This document shows, in pieces, positions 1 through 9,953 of a stretch of 64,000 nt of DNA. This DNA comes from a virus. Both the position numbers and the translations under genes were made by a program. The stretch covers positions 66,268-130,267 of the IMG/VR virus record IMGVR_UViG_3300020190_000012; one strand, written 5' to 3'. Under the pieces are notes generated by a model that saw nothing but the letters and a program-made list of their open reading frames with translations, did no database searches and had not been told where the DNA came from. Numbering within the stretch: position 1 is the stretch's first letter; the number at the start of each line of letters is the position of its first letter.

Positions 1-237
1 TGTTTCTCCATCAATACGCCAGAAAAAGAACCTACTCAAGCGCTCAGGATCCACCATATAAACATATTTCATCAAATATTCTGGTATGCCTTCGCAGGCA
101 GCGCATATGGGTTCTACATTTGACTCTGGGACACAAGACCAAGCAAATATGTCGTCTCTATCAGCCATTTTGGTGGAGATGGCAGACTTCACAATTTCTG
201 CCTGCTTCAGAGGAATCACCACATGGAAAATATCCAT
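1..237 (-). CDS. hypothetical protein, partial (runs off left edge)
   Basis: Not in ORF track. ATG at 237 preceded by AGGAGG; open to position 1 (MDIFHVVIPLKQAEIV...); AGG-N18-GTAA motif upstream. Confidence 0.7.
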   Translation of the reverse strand, partial: MDIFHVVIPLKQAEIVKSAISTKMADRDDIFAWSCVPESNVEPICAACEGIPEYLMKYVYMVDPERLSRFFFWRIDGET

Positions 238-263
238 GAGACACCTCCTATCCACAAAGATAT

Positions 264-288
264 TTACCAACAAACGACAATAATACCT
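264..288 (-). promoter_or_regulatory. putative phage promoter AGG-N18-GTAA
   Basis: AGG TATTATTGTCGTTTGTTG GTAAATA on minus strand; one of 10 exact copies upstream of genes. Confidence 0.55.
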
Positions 289-705
289 TCACAAAAACAA
301 AACGTCAATCATACTAACTCTTCTACAGACTAGAAAACTCTTAGTGTCACATCTGTGTCACACATACACCATAGCGCACACTATTCACATCAGATAATTG
401 AATGGCTTATAGACCGCAAAATAAGAGAACTTGACATAAACATACTCTCGCCGACCCACAAAAAGAAGGAATTGTACTTAATCATGTACCATAGATACTG
501 CTAGCAGCAATATGCATAGTGTGAGATGCTGCGCTTCTAAATTACTTCCGTATACAATACTAGATAATACCATAGATGACTAACCTATAATGTATATTAG
601 TACCAAACATAGGCATCTGACTTCAAAGTTTTAGGTCTATCTATATCGATTGCGTTGACTTCAAAAATCATGGTAATGATAGTACAAATCTAAAAATGGT
701 GTAAT

Positions 706-1278
706 CTACATATGGCAGATTACAAAGTACTCGTTTTTATCTATCTTGTTGTTCTTATCAATAGTAAAATTACTAACCCCTAGACCCAATAAAAGGTTAC
801 GGAGTTCTATTTCACTAAAGTATACAAATCGATCTTGCTGAAAAACTTTTAGTTCTTTTTTTACGCTTTCCTTAAATACTGTAAAGACGAGTAGGGATCT
901 ACAAACCTTTAAAGACTGTTCTAACAGCTTCTTTAAAAGAAGCTTATTCTTGAGCTCGTCACCATCAATGTTGTAGGTAACCGTACCGAACAGACACACT
1001 AGATCATAACTGCCTGTGGTAGGGATTGTTATATATACCGAACAACTGCACAACTTTAGCGTCTCCGGGCGTATGTCTACCGCCTCATAGGTGGAGTCTA
1101 AGTTGTTCTCCTCTAACCACTCGTGTAAGTAGCATGGTCCAGATCCAACATCCAGTACAGACTTAAACTTGTGCCCTTTAAGTATCTCGAATCTCTTTTT
1201 GGCTAAATCTTTACCATAGCCATTACTAATAGGCTCTGGATAGATATCGTACAGACCTTTGATATTATGCTTATTCAA
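706..1278 (-). CDS. class I SAM-dependent methyltransferase
   Basis: Motif I VLDVGSG, acidic VDI, YDLV motif; paralog of neighbour. Confidence 0.8.
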   Translation of the reverse strand: MNKHNIKGLYDIYPEPISNGYGKDLAKKRFEILKGHKFKSVLDVGSGPCYLHEWLEENNLDSTYEAVDIRPETLKLCSCSVYITIPTTGSYDLVCLFGTVTYNIDGDELKNKLLLKKLLEQSLKVCRSLLVFTVFKESVKKELKVFQQDRFVYFSEIELRNLLLGLGVSNFTIDKNNKIDKNEYFVICHM

Positions 1279-1865
1279 GATTCTCCTACTTTTCGGTGGA
1301 TTACAACAAAATACTCCTCTCTATCGTAGTTGTCGTTTTCTATGATTTCATATTTTGTTACTTTCAAATCTGTCAATAGGTTCACCACATCTTGCTTGGT
1401 GTAGTATAGAAAACGATTTGCCTCAATCACCACGGGATGATTTATCTCATTTTTCATAACTGTAAATAACAAATACTTTTTGCTTGCTTGTATAGACTCC
1501 TGTAAAAGCGAGACAAGAGTTTGTTTGTTCTTTTCGTTGTCGTAATCTAAATTGTAAGTTACGGTTCCGAATAAACACACCAAATCGTATACTTTGTTTT
1601 TTGGTATTTGTGTGTATGTTTGGCAGTCACACAGCGCAAGTGCTTGAGGTCTTATATCCACGGCTTCATAATCGGTTTTAATATTATTCTCCTTTAACCA
1701 GTCAAGAAGAAAACAAGCACCGCTGCCAACATCCAAGACCGAATTAAAATCAAACAGTTTCAGAATTTCAAATCGTTGATATGCAAAAGGCTTGCCATAA
1801 CCATTTTCGGCTGGCTTTGTGTAAACTGTTTCAAGAGTATGGGGATCACGCTGACTTGGTAACAT
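1275..1865 (-). CDS. class I SAM-dependent methyltransferase (tandem paralog)
   Basis: VLDVGSG, YEAVDIRP and YDLVCLFGTVTYN shared with 706..1278. Confidence 0.8.
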   Translation of the reverse strand: MLPSQRDPHTLETVYTKPAENGYGKPFAYQRFEILKLFDFNSVLDVGSGACFLLDWLKENNIKTDYEAVDIRPQALALCDCQTYTQIPKNKVYDLVCLFGTVTYNLDYDNEKNKQTLVSLLQESIQASKKYLLFTVMKNEINHPVVIEANRFLYYTKQDVVNLLTDLKVTKYEIIENDNYDREEYFVVIHRKVGES

Positions 1866-3045
1866 GGTAAGAACTAGACCCAGTGCAGTATACGGTTACA
1901 CTGGTCGTAGAGGTAGAGCCGAAATTTTCGTTTGTTAGGGTTCCTGATGACGAGAAAGCAAGAGTACCGCTCTTTACCAGTATTTTGAAATGAACCCCAG
2001 TGCTTAATCCGTTTATAGTACAAGTTAGAGTTGCTTTTCCACTGGCAGGATTAGATATGAAAATCTTTCCGTCATCAGAATCTGTTACTGACCAAGATGC
2101 TGTCTTTGTTTCAAATGCAGCAGATGTAAAACGAGCAAGACGAGTTGACTGAATGGGTCCGCTGAATGTACTGCCCCCAGGTGCACCGAAGTTTATTGAA
2201 AGTGCAGAAAAAGTGATTCCACTTGCGCTGTCGTCTACTGTAATGGTAGTACCGTTGGCGCCGCCGTCCCAGTCTCCAATGACAGTAGTCCCCATACAGC
2301 CATAGCCCATAAAATCAGTTGCGCCGAATAAGCCAAAGAAATGCACGTCAGTAGAAAAATACAAACTATGGTAGCTCTTCACAGCACTGTAAGTTCCGGA
2401 AAACTTATTTCCAGAACCAAACAATTTAAATGTACTACCGCTGACTTCAGAACCCATCGTAAGGCTTTGGGCGGTTCCAGATCCTGTGGCTATATTTACG
2501 GTTGTGGTGCCTGCTGCAATATTGAGGGTTGACGATGAAGTAGTTATATCCCCGCCATTTACAGCAAGGTCCCCAGAAATGGTTAATGAGTCAGTGGTTT
2601 TGTTGTAGGTAAGTCCTGCATCTCCGCCAAGAGCAGAACCACCATCGTTAAACATTATTTGTGTATCAGAACCAGAAATAATCGCAACCGTACCAGAGGC
2701 GTCAGGAAGTGTTATAGTCCTGTTGGAGGTGGGATCCTGAACGGTCAGAGTGGTGTCTTTGTTATCTACTGTTGCCCCCTCAAAAACAATGCCGTTGTTG
2801 AAGGTGATATTCCCTGAAAATATCTTGTCGCCCGTAACGGTCTGTGTGGTGGATAGGGTGACAAGATTTGTTGCCAAATCGGTCGTTGCCGATAACTTCT
2901 TCACAGTGCCACTGGTGTTCTTGATGAAGAGTGCCTCGTCAGCGGCATTTATTGCAATTTCACCAAGTTCTAGAGAAGTATCCGGCTGCGCAGAAGCAGA
3001 TGTCGAGTACAAATGCTGAATGATACTCTCTCTAGTCACTGGCAC
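1846..3045 (-). CDS. tail fibre / virion structural protein
   Basis: N-terminal LELGEIAIN..D..LFI (fibre-attachment-like), T/S/G-rich beta repeats, RTITLPDASGT. Confidence 0.7.
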   Translation of the reverse strand: MPVTRESIIQHLYSTSASAQPDTSLELGEIAINAADEALFIKNTSGTVKKLSATTDLATNLVTLSTTQTVTGDKIFSGNITFNNGIVFEGATVDNKDTTLTVQDPTSNRTITLPDASGTVAIISGSDTQIMFNDGGSALGGDAGLTYNKTTDSLTISGDLAVNGGDITTSSSTLNIAAGTTTVNIATGSGTAQSLTMGSEVSGSTFKLFGSGNKFSGTYSAVKSYHSLYFSTDVHFFGLFGATDFMGYGCMGTTVIGDWDGGANGTTITVDDSASGITFSALSINFGAPGGSTFSGPIQSTRLARFTSAAFETKTASWSVTDSDDGKIFISNPASGKATLTCTINGLSTGVHFKILVKSGTLAFSSSGTLTNENFGSTSTTSVTVYCTGSSSYHVTKSA

Positions 3046-3085
3046 GACATAGCCATCACTTTCTACATAACATTATACGATCAGA

Positions 3086-5140
3086 TCAGGTGAAGGTTCC
3101 ACCCCTGATGTTGGCAACAAGTGTTCCAACCGAGTATCCTGTTGCACCAGTGTTGACGGTGGTGGTGGGTTCCGATTGTGAATCCACAAAAAGTCTAAAC
3201 TTTCCGTCCGAAGCATCGCGGATAAGACCGCAATACAGGTCCTGCGATCCACTTGTGTCATAGAGGCCGTAGAAACCGATGTCAACACTGTCAGCGGTGC
3301 TGTTGCCATTGGCGAGTTTTATGAGCGGGTCCTCAACCGATAGGGTCGAGGTGTTAACTGTGACGGTTGTTCCGTTGACAGTCAGATCACCAGTCACGGT
3401 CAAGTTGTTGCCAACCGTGGCGTTGTAGCCAAGCGCAACGGTGCCGCCTGCAGAAGATCCTATGTTGACATTTGTGGTTGACCCAGATTCTCCAATTGCA
3501 CCTATATTTATGGTGTTGGTGGATCCACTTCCCGTCGCGCCATTGGCAATTCCAGTGGTTGCACCAGATGCCCCATCGTACCCGAAGCTTGCTGTGGTGG
3601 CTGCGCCAAACGCGTTGACGGTTGTTGCGGTGCTGTCAAACACATTCTGTGTCGTCGTGTTTCCGACAAGTGTGCCGCCACGGATAGTGGTGGTGGCTGT
3701 TGTCGAATCACCCATGGTGATGGCGGTGGCTGCACCGCCAAGATTCAGGGTCGTTGCCGTGGTGTTGAAAAGGTTCTGTGTCGTCGTGTTCCCGACAAGG
3801 GTGCCACCACGAATTGTGGTTGTAGTGCCACTTGTCGCACCCATGGTGATGGCGGTTGCTGCACCAAAAGCATTCACGGTTGTTGCGGTAGTGTTGAATA
3901 CAGCTTGTATTGGACAAGCACCCACCAGAAAAGGGCTGTTTACCGTAGTCGTGCCGCCTTCAACAGAACCAATGTTTACATTAGTGGTAGAGAACTCCGC
4001 ACCACCAGTGCCCAAGTTTAGAGTTTTGGTGGTTAAACTAGCAGCAGCACCAGTCGAAATGTTGGTGGTTGAAGCAGCAGTGCCATTGTAACCGATGTTC
4101 GCCGTGGCGGCTGCACCAAAAGCATTCACAGTTGATGCAAGGGTATTAAAGACATTCTGTGTCTGCGTGCCCCCGACAAGTGTACCACCCCTAATTGTGG
4201 TTGTTGTACCAGCTCCAGCACCAATTGTGACTGTAGTTGCCGCTCCACCTACGTTTAGAGTTGTAGCATTTGTATTGAATACTGTTGCTGTACCAGCAGC
4301 TGTAGTTGTAATGTCTCCGCCGTTGACAGCAAGGTCGCCTGTTACCACTGTATCTGCATTATTGATTGTTGTTGTACCAGTTGCAGCACCAATTGAAACG
4401 GCTGTTGCGACAAGGCCAATATTGAGTGTTGTGGCTGTAGCCGTCACAAAATTAAATGACGCGGCACTAGTTCTGATTACCCCTCCGACAGAAATGTCGC
4501 CTCCAACGCTGAGGGAGTCCGACGCCGCATTGTAGGTCAGACCATCACTGTCCACCCTCAATGCGGTGGCGCCAGAGGTGGCATTTGTGAATGCGATGTA
4601 TGCGGTTGTGGTGGCATCGTCATTTGTGACGCTCACATTCGTGGCGGTGTCCACTCCTCCCCAACTGAGAACACCGCTGCCATCCGTGGTCAGAACTTCG
4701 GACGCATTGCCGTCATTCGCCGGCAGGGTGAATGTATATGCTGCATTCGAAGTGGTGGCAGTGGGCGCCTGAAGGGTCAACGTTCCACCACCACCGCCAC
4801 GGGCTGTGAATACTATTTCACTTGTTGTCCCGAGACTCAAGTCCCCGGTAAGCGATCCGCCGGAAAGCGGCAGATAATTTCCAGCTAGGCTTTTTACGGC
4901 ATACTGGGTTGCCAACTTATTGTTTTCACTGCTGACGCTAGACCAATCGATGGTTGCTTGATCTTCAATGATCGCACCCACCCAGTTCGCCGTATTATTA
5001 CTGTTAGAGCCTACAAAGAGTTTCTTGTTACTGCCTGACCCATTGGCAAAAGCTAACTCGCCATCATACAGATCAGAAGGGGCTGTCGTTGCAGAAGAAC
5101 CATACAGGACGGTTATAAGTGATTCTCTCGATGTTGGCAC
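3086..5140 (-). CDS. tail fibre protein with internal repeats
   Basis: LYDGELAFAN N-terminus, T/G/A-rich, TTTIRGGTLVG repeats, C-terminal GDLTVNGT..VEDPLI..DIGFYG. Confidence 0.75.
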   Translation of the reverse strand: MPTSRESLITVLYGSSATTAPSDLYDGELAFANGSGSNKKLFVGSNSNNTANWVGAIIEDQATIDWSSVSSENNKLATQYAVKSLAGNYLPLSGGSLTGDLSLGTTSEIVFTARGGGGGTLTLQAPTATTSNAAYTFTLPANDGNASEVLTTDGSGVLSWGGVDTATNVSVTNDDATTTAYIAFTNATSGATALRVDSDGLTYNAASDSLSVGGDISVGGVIRTSAASFNFVTATATTLNIGLVATAVSIGAATGTTTINNADTVVTGDLAVNGGDITTTAAGTATVFNTNATTLNVGGAATTVTIGAGAGTTTTIRGGTLVGGTQTQNVFNTLASTVNAFGAAATANIGYNGTAASTTNISTGAAASLTTKTLNLGTGGAEFSTTNVNIGSVEGGTTTVNSPFLVGACPIQAVFNTTATTVNAFGAATAITMGATSGTTTTIRGGTLVGNTTTQNLFNTTATTLNLGGAATAITMGDSTTATTTIRGGTLVGNTTTQNVFDSTATTVNAFGAATTASFGYDGASGATTGIANGATGSGSTNTINIGAIGESGSTTNVNIGSSAGGTVALGYNATVGNNLTVTGDLTVNGTTVTVNTSTLSVEDPLIKLANGNSTADSVDIGFYGLYDTSGSQDLYCGLIRDASDGKFRLFVDSQSEPTTTVNTGATGYSVGTLVANIRGGTFT
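3645..3866. repeat. intragenic direct repeat, 129-bp period (43 aa)
   Basis: TTCTGTGTCGTCGTGTT.CCGACAAG...CACCCATGGTGATGGCGGT at 3645 and 3774. Confidence 0.8.
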
Positions 5141-5355
5141 GGTTTTTATCCTTTAATTTTGCGCTTCTGATTCATTCTATATGTTTTTCGGTAAAAGTTA
5201 CCTCTACACCTGTGTATACAACATACACAACTATATCATAGAATTTATTAATTATTTTCTCTTTGGAGGTCGCACAAACGGAAAGAAACCGCAGAAATTG
5301 CTATGCTGATAATTACTAGAACAAGTATCGTAGCATGGCCTTCTATAGACCAAGA

Positions 5356-6282
5356 TTAGTTACTGAATAAACCCGCCCTGGTGATCTGTTGTCTTGTGTA
5401 TCCCTCGAGATAATCAGCATCAACTCCATATATCAGTGACCCATCTCCAGATGGGTACCTGAGAAGACTATCGAAGACAGGAACATTTCCTTCTCCGTTG
5501 CCAACATCTCTAGTTACAACAGTCCCTAGCCCTAGCGTTGCTCGTTGCGTGTTGGCATCGGGGTCATCAAGCAGGGCTTTGCCTGCCGCCGTAATATCTC
5601 CACCGAGCTTAGATGTTGAAACCACTTCGGAATCAATCGTCCATGTGGAGCCAGAACCACTGACGGTGATGTCGCCCTTGTCTCCGTCTGTGATGCCTGC
5701 ACCGCCAGCTGGAGAAGATGCAACCCATGCAGACCCAGTCCATGTGGGAACCTGTCCAGATGCTGCACCGCTCTGTGCTATTTTTGACAATGGCACGGAA
5801 GATACGGAAACTGTTGCTGTTCCACCATTGGACAGTGACACGGATATGGTGCCGTCCTGATTTGACAGGCCCTCAAGCTTTGGTGGCGACAACAGGCGCC
5901 ACGCTGTGCCGTCCCACTGCCACTTGCGTCGGCCGTGGATGATGATCTGACTGACGGTTGGGGACTGGATCAAGACCATGGCTGTGGTGGCTGCAGAAAG
6001 TTGTAAAAAGTCTCCCTCAGAACCAAACTCAACCCATGCAGACCTTCCCTGCGGATCTGTGTACCATACCGCCTCCCTACCAGTTATAGGATTTATCCAA
6101 CGCCCACCTAAAGATGGCGACGGGGGCTGTGTTGGGGATATTTCAGTCTTCTGTCTAACAATAGTGGCTGGTACCCATTTGCCCTGGGACTGATTCCAAA
6201 CCAGCGTATTGCCGTCCTGTGGCTGATGTCTTGCGACATCAGCAAGATCTTTCAGTCTGGAAATCGGAACATTTGGAGACAT
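5356..6282 (-). CDS. tail fibre / virion appendage protein (start revised to MSPNVP)
   Basis: LKDLADV..DGNTLVWN...KWVP, SGQVPTWTGSAW, DGDKGDITVS, GKALLDD..A..QRATLGLG fibre motifs; GGG-N18-GAAA promoter variant at 6297-6321. Confidence 0.7.
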   Translation of the reverse strand: MSPNVPISRLKDLADVARHQPQDGNTLVWNQSQGKWVPATIVRQKTEISPTQPPSPSLGGRWINPITGREAVWYTDPQGRSAWVEFGSEGDFLQLSAATTAMVLIQSPTVSQIIIHGRRKWQWDGTAWRLLSPPKLEGLSNQDGTISVSLSNGGTATVSVSSVPLSKIAQSGAASGQVPTWTGSAWVASSPAGGAGITDGDKGDITVSGSGSTWTIDSEVVSTSKLGGDITAAGKALLDDPDANTQRATLGLGTVVTRDVGNGEGNVPVFDSLLRYPSGDGSLIYGVDADYLEGYTRQQITRAGLFSN

Positions 6283-6377
6283 AGCCACAAAAGATGTTTC
6301 ACAAAAACTGGTTCTTTCCCCCCATCTGAAAAAATTCTTCGTGCAGATAAGTTGACAATTTTCAGTATTTTTTGTTT

Positions 6378-6885
6378 TCCGACCACCCGTAGGACGAATA
6401 ATTAGATAGGTCTCTCGCCTGTATCGGAGACCAAAATCTTGGTGTGGCGCTTCTGGGGGCGCCTGATGGGTTTTGAGCAATCGCCCCCGACGGACGTAAG
6501 TCTGGTCCAACAGCTCAAGTATGCTCAGGAGTCGGGAGCTATTAGGCATCATGCATCCACAAGGCGCATGTGTGTCACCGATGGGGTTTCTACAGTCTAC
6601 AGGAAGTCTGCCCGTGCACCGTCCCAGGTGTGCTTATGAAACATATCGATCAGTCATGGTCGGATGGGATGATACACCTTGATGGAGGATGACCTCTTGC
6701 CAGTGTTTGGGTGTATCAAGATGTTCTTGGCAAGAGTGGCAAAGACAAGGGATTATTGTCTCTACATCACGGGTCGTATGTCGTTGTTGTAAATCTGTAT
6801 ATATATAATATACCTATACACCGTTGGGCCGAAGGTCCAACGGCTGTGGTGCACATCCGGCGGAGCCAGGATTGTGCACCACCAT
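6378..6885 (+). ncRNA. candidate structured non-coding RNA
   Basis: No convincing ORF; multiple 6-10 bp helices, possible pseudoknot, GUAA tetraloop, G-U pairs favouring + strand. Confidence 0.4.
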
Positions 6886-6977
6886 TCTGCCTTGATGGTC
6901 ATTCCCAATTGAGTTGATACCTATTTTTAAGAGCAATGCCAAATTCTTTCCTGAACTAGGTGTTCATGAACATTTAT

Positions 6978-7850
6978 TTATTCAGCGGATGCATCAGACC
7001 AGTCTGGATGCATACTTTGCATATCAATCAGGGATGATTCTCCCCACATTTGACGGACAGTCCTCAAGATTCCATCACTATGTGTGGTACACAGGAACTG
7101 TGTTTTTGGGAATTGAATATTCAAAGCCTTAACCAATCGTGGATGCCTACGGAAATAGACATGCATCTCAAGATTGTCAACTAAAGCCATACTCCTGTCA
7201 TCAGACAACTTCATGCAAAGATGACGCAACAATGTTGCTATCTTTTTCTCTCCATCACTCATTCTCTTGTGGTGAACCCTAGTGAACCCTTTTCTGATAC
7301 AGAAATCCTGATAGAAATCCACCCTTTCACCTGATTCGGCTGTTGTCACAAGCTTTCCGAGTTCACAAGGCAACCCATAAACCTCGTCAGCAAGTTTAAG
7401 AAACCTTTCTCCCAAATGAGATGGGAGTTGAAACTTGTACATATTCATGGGGTGGTCTGCATCACAGTAGGCAGCCCAACCATCTGATCCTGAAGGGGCT
7501 TCTTCAAGCCCATTTTCAACTATTTCTCCACCTATGATGGAGACATTCGATACTCCACCATCATGAAGAAATTCAGCATACATACTGCATGGCTCTGAAG
7601 ATGGAATGTAGGCAGCCATAGTTGGGTCATAATCAGGATTGTATGTCAATTTTCTGAACAGCATAGAATTATCACGCCCCCTCAGCATTCTTGGGGTGGA
7701 AACAATCCTGATGGCATGCATAAGTGTTGACTTACCCGTGCCATTTGGTCCGAAAAATACGGAGAACGGTCTGTTTTCTGGATAGAAGTCAAAACTTGCG
7801 TCCTTCAACCCACAAAAATTCTTCAACTTCAAACTTTTGAGCCAATACAT
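6978..7850 (-). CDS. SMC/Rad50/ABC-type ATPase lacking long coiled coil
   Basis: LKLKNF start, Walker A GPNGTGKST, signature MSDGEKK, Walker B ALVDN, H-loop TTHS. Confidence 0.85.
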   Translation of the reverse strand: MYWLKSLKLKNFCGLKDASFDFYPENRPFSVFFGPNGTGKSTLMHAIRIVSTPRMLRGRDNSMLFRKLTYNPDYDPTMAAYIPSSEPCSMYAEFLHDGGVSNVSIIGGEIVENGLEEAPSGSDGWAAYCDADHPMNMYKFQLPSHLGERFLKLADEVYGLPCELGKLVTTAESGERVDFYQDFCIRKGFTRVHHKRMSDGEKKIATLLRHLCMKLSDDRSMALVDNLEMHVYFRRHPRLVKALNIQFPKTQFLCTTHSDGILRTVRQMWGESSLIDMQSMHPDWSDASAE

Positions 7851-8535
7851 GCAGATGAAAACCTTTCAAGAACTTTTATCGGAAATTGAGCCACACAAGG
7901 CAGCGGTAGAAATAATTACTTCTGCATTGGATAGAGGTATACAGCCTGACAGCATTATCGCCGAATTCGATGTTAGCAACGGGATGATGAAGTCAAAGGG
8001 TAAAGCAAACACATGGATCAGATTTGACTGCAAGCCAGGTGTGATAAAAAATCTGATCCAAATCATGTCTGAAACTAGTTATGTTTGCGACGACGATGTC
8101 CAAGCCATGGACAGGTGGAGAGACGAAGTATCCAAGATTCTAGAAACCGACATGCTCCATAAAATCCGTGAAGCCATAAGGGAAAGAATATTGGGTGGAG
8201 CCACGCCAGAGGCAATACCACTCCATGACATACAAATCACGGATTTAGACATAAGTGATCTACCTGAAGACGACTGTGTCTTAGTGATCAAAAAATCAGC
8301 GCCACAGGGTGAGGAAACCCAACCTGTGTCTGAGGATATATTTGGAGAGAAGGGGCGCACTGGGGAGACCATACAGCAGGTGGTTGACCGCAGGAAGCGG
8401 GAGGGGGATCCGAGGTACAAATGGGTTGTTGACGTGGAGCAAAGAAAGCATTTTTTTGAGGTGACGGTGTCAATTTCCGCCGACTATTCATTATCTTCTT
8501 TGGAGGGGGTTTTAAAAAAACCAAGAAAGGTATAA
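7837..8535 (+). CDS. hypothetical protein
   Basis: 232-aa ORF; true start probably a few codons downstream. Confidence 0.7.
   Translation: MSQYMQMKTFQELLSEIEPHKAAVEIITSALDRGIQPDSIIAEFDVSNGMMKSKGKANTWIRFDCKPGVIKNLIQIMSETSYVCDDDVQAMDRWRDEVSKILETDMLHKIREAIRERILGGATPEAIPLHDIQITDLDISDLPEDDCVLVIKKSAPQGEETQPVSEDIFGEKGRTGETIQQVVDRRKREGDPRYKWVVDVEQRKHFFEVTVSISADYSLSSLEGVLKKPRKV
8504..8528 (+). promoter_or_regulatory. putative phage promoter AGG-N18-GAAA
   Basis: AGG GGGTTTTAAAAAAACCAA GAAAGGTATA upstream of GGAGG and 8554. Confidence 0.55.
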
Positions 8536-8553
8536 CCTGGAGGATTTTCATCT

Positions 8554-8889
8554 ATGATGGAATTTGTTTCTGATTCTGCCGACATAAAAAAGACGGCAGC
8601 AGAGTATCAGGGCAAAGAGGTTACGCTGAGGAATATACTTCCTGGCGATGTTAAGAAATTTAAGGTCTATGTAAAAGATCCGTCCTCTGGTAATGTCAAG
8701 AAGATTAACTTCGGTCATGGCGGGTCATCTGCCAAGGCTAGAGGCGAAAAGACCATGTCAATAAAGAGAAATAATAGTGACAGGCAGAATAATTTTCTTG
8801 CACGTCACAAGTGCGACACCGCAAAAGATCCCACGACGCCAAGGTATTGGTCATGCAAGGCATGGCGTCGCGGAACAAAACTACCCTGA
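8554..8889 (+). CDS. small basic conserved phage protein (AEYQG...KKFKVYVK...RH.C...YWSC family)
   Basis: Motif recalled from large myophages; preceded by KKTA; GGAGG RBS. Confidence 0.8.
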   Translation: MMEFVSDSADIKKTAAEYQGKEVTLRNILPGDVKKFKVYVKDPSSGNVKKINFGHGGSSAKARGEKTMSIKRNNSDRQNNFLARHKCDTAKDPTTPRYWSCKAWRRGTKLP

Positions 8890-8900
8890 AAGGAAACAAA

Positions 8901-9932
8901 ATGGCTCATATCAAAACAGCAAGTAATGGGACACAGAAGATTTCAATGTCCACCCCGGAGTGGATTGATATTGGTTTGAAGCGTGGTCTGCTCTCAATTG
9001 ATCCCCGAGTTCCAAGATTCGCTGCAGAGCTTACAAAGTCTGCTGGTCTCGAACCTGGCAAGGCAAGTTATACAACGATCAAGAAAGCCATGCAGAATGA
9101 AGAGATCATGGCAAAGATCGCAGAAAACCTTGAAGGAAGTTCGCTGATCAAGACTGCTCAGCAGGTCGGTCAGGACACAGGAGGCCCAGGCTGGGGTAGT
9201 ACCGCTGCCACTGCCGCTGCAGGTCTTGCTGCCGCACCCCTCCTCACCCAGGGCGGCAGGGCCATGTACACCAACCTTGCCAAAAATGTCGGTTCTGGTC
9301 TCGCGAGCGCCGGACAGAGCACCGCTGGAACCCTTGGTGGACTTGGAAGTGCCTTTGGCAGAGGATTTGGTGGAGCACCTGTTGGTGGCGCAGCAACAAC
9401 GTTTGGCAATGTCGCAAAAGGCGTAGGAGGTTTCGCGGCAAGAATGGCTCTCCCAGCCCTTGCGGGCGTCGGAGGTTTCTTGGGCAGCAAGTACCTGATA
9501 GATTACTTCAAGGACAAATCCAAGGGCGATGCAGCTCCAAACCCAGAACTGATGACCGACCCGGCAAAGCAGAAGTTAATCATGAGGTCAATATATCAAT
9601 TCAACCAGTTGGCTCCAACGCTGAAGGGTATGTCTAGCAGCATTGACAAGCAGCTTGACACCGTAGCGTCAGCCGTGACTGACACTATCCAGACAATGCA
9701 GCAGATGCAGAACAATAATATGACTCCAACCGTGACCACCCCTGAAGAGCAGAGGGCAAAAGAGTTGGCAGATGCCCAAGCAGCTCAGGCTGCTGCTCAG
9801 GCCGCATACGCGAAGTCTATGGCAGGTCCACAGGTTCAGGCTCCCGTTGGCCTGCCAGCCGCCCCTGTCCCAACAGGTCCACAGGTTCAGTCTCCCGTTG
9901 GTCTGCCAGTCGCCCCTGTTCCAACACGCTGA
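8901..9932 (+). CDS. Gly/Ala-rich putative internal virion protein with tag
   Basis: ATG 8901 after AAGGAAA; IKTAS, STPEWIDIGLKRGL, IKTAQ; glycine-zipper-like hydrophobic segments. Confidence 0.7.
   Translation: MAHIKTASNGTQKISMSTPEWIDIGLKRGLLSIDPRVPRFAAELTKSAGLEPGKASYTTIKKAMQNEEIMAKIAENLEGSSLIKTAQQVGQDTGGPGWGSTAATAAAGLAAAPLLTQGGRAMYTNLAKNVGSGLASAGQSTAGTLGGLGSAFGRGFGGAPVGGAATTFGNVAKGVGGFAARMALPALAGVGGFLGSKYLIDYFKDKSKGDAAPNPELMTDPAKQKLIMRSIYQFNQLAPTLKGMSSSIDKQLDTVASAVTDTIQTMQQMQNNNMTPTVTTPEEQRAKELADAQAAQAAAQAAYAKSMAGPQVQAPVGLPAAPVPTGPQVQSPVGLPVAPVPTR
9823..9924. repeat. 51-bp tandem repeat x2 (GPQVQxPVGLPxAPVPT)
   Basis: Two near-identical copies starting at 9823 and 9874. Confidence 0.9.
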
Positions 9933-9953
9933 TCAGAAACAGAAAGAACAAAA

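Noticed and set aside
3441-4772. Long + strand ORFs opposite the tail fibre
   Set aside because: Antisense shadows of Thr/Ala/Gly codon bias.
6283-6552. N-terminal extension of ORF 5356..6552
   Set aside because: It does not look protein-like, and a promoter variant sits right before ATG 6282.
6400-6620. Group I intron or RNase P RNA
   Set aside because: GACTGTA and CAGGAAGTC resemble conserved elements, but I could not find the partner P7 or CR-V strands, and no gene is interrupted.
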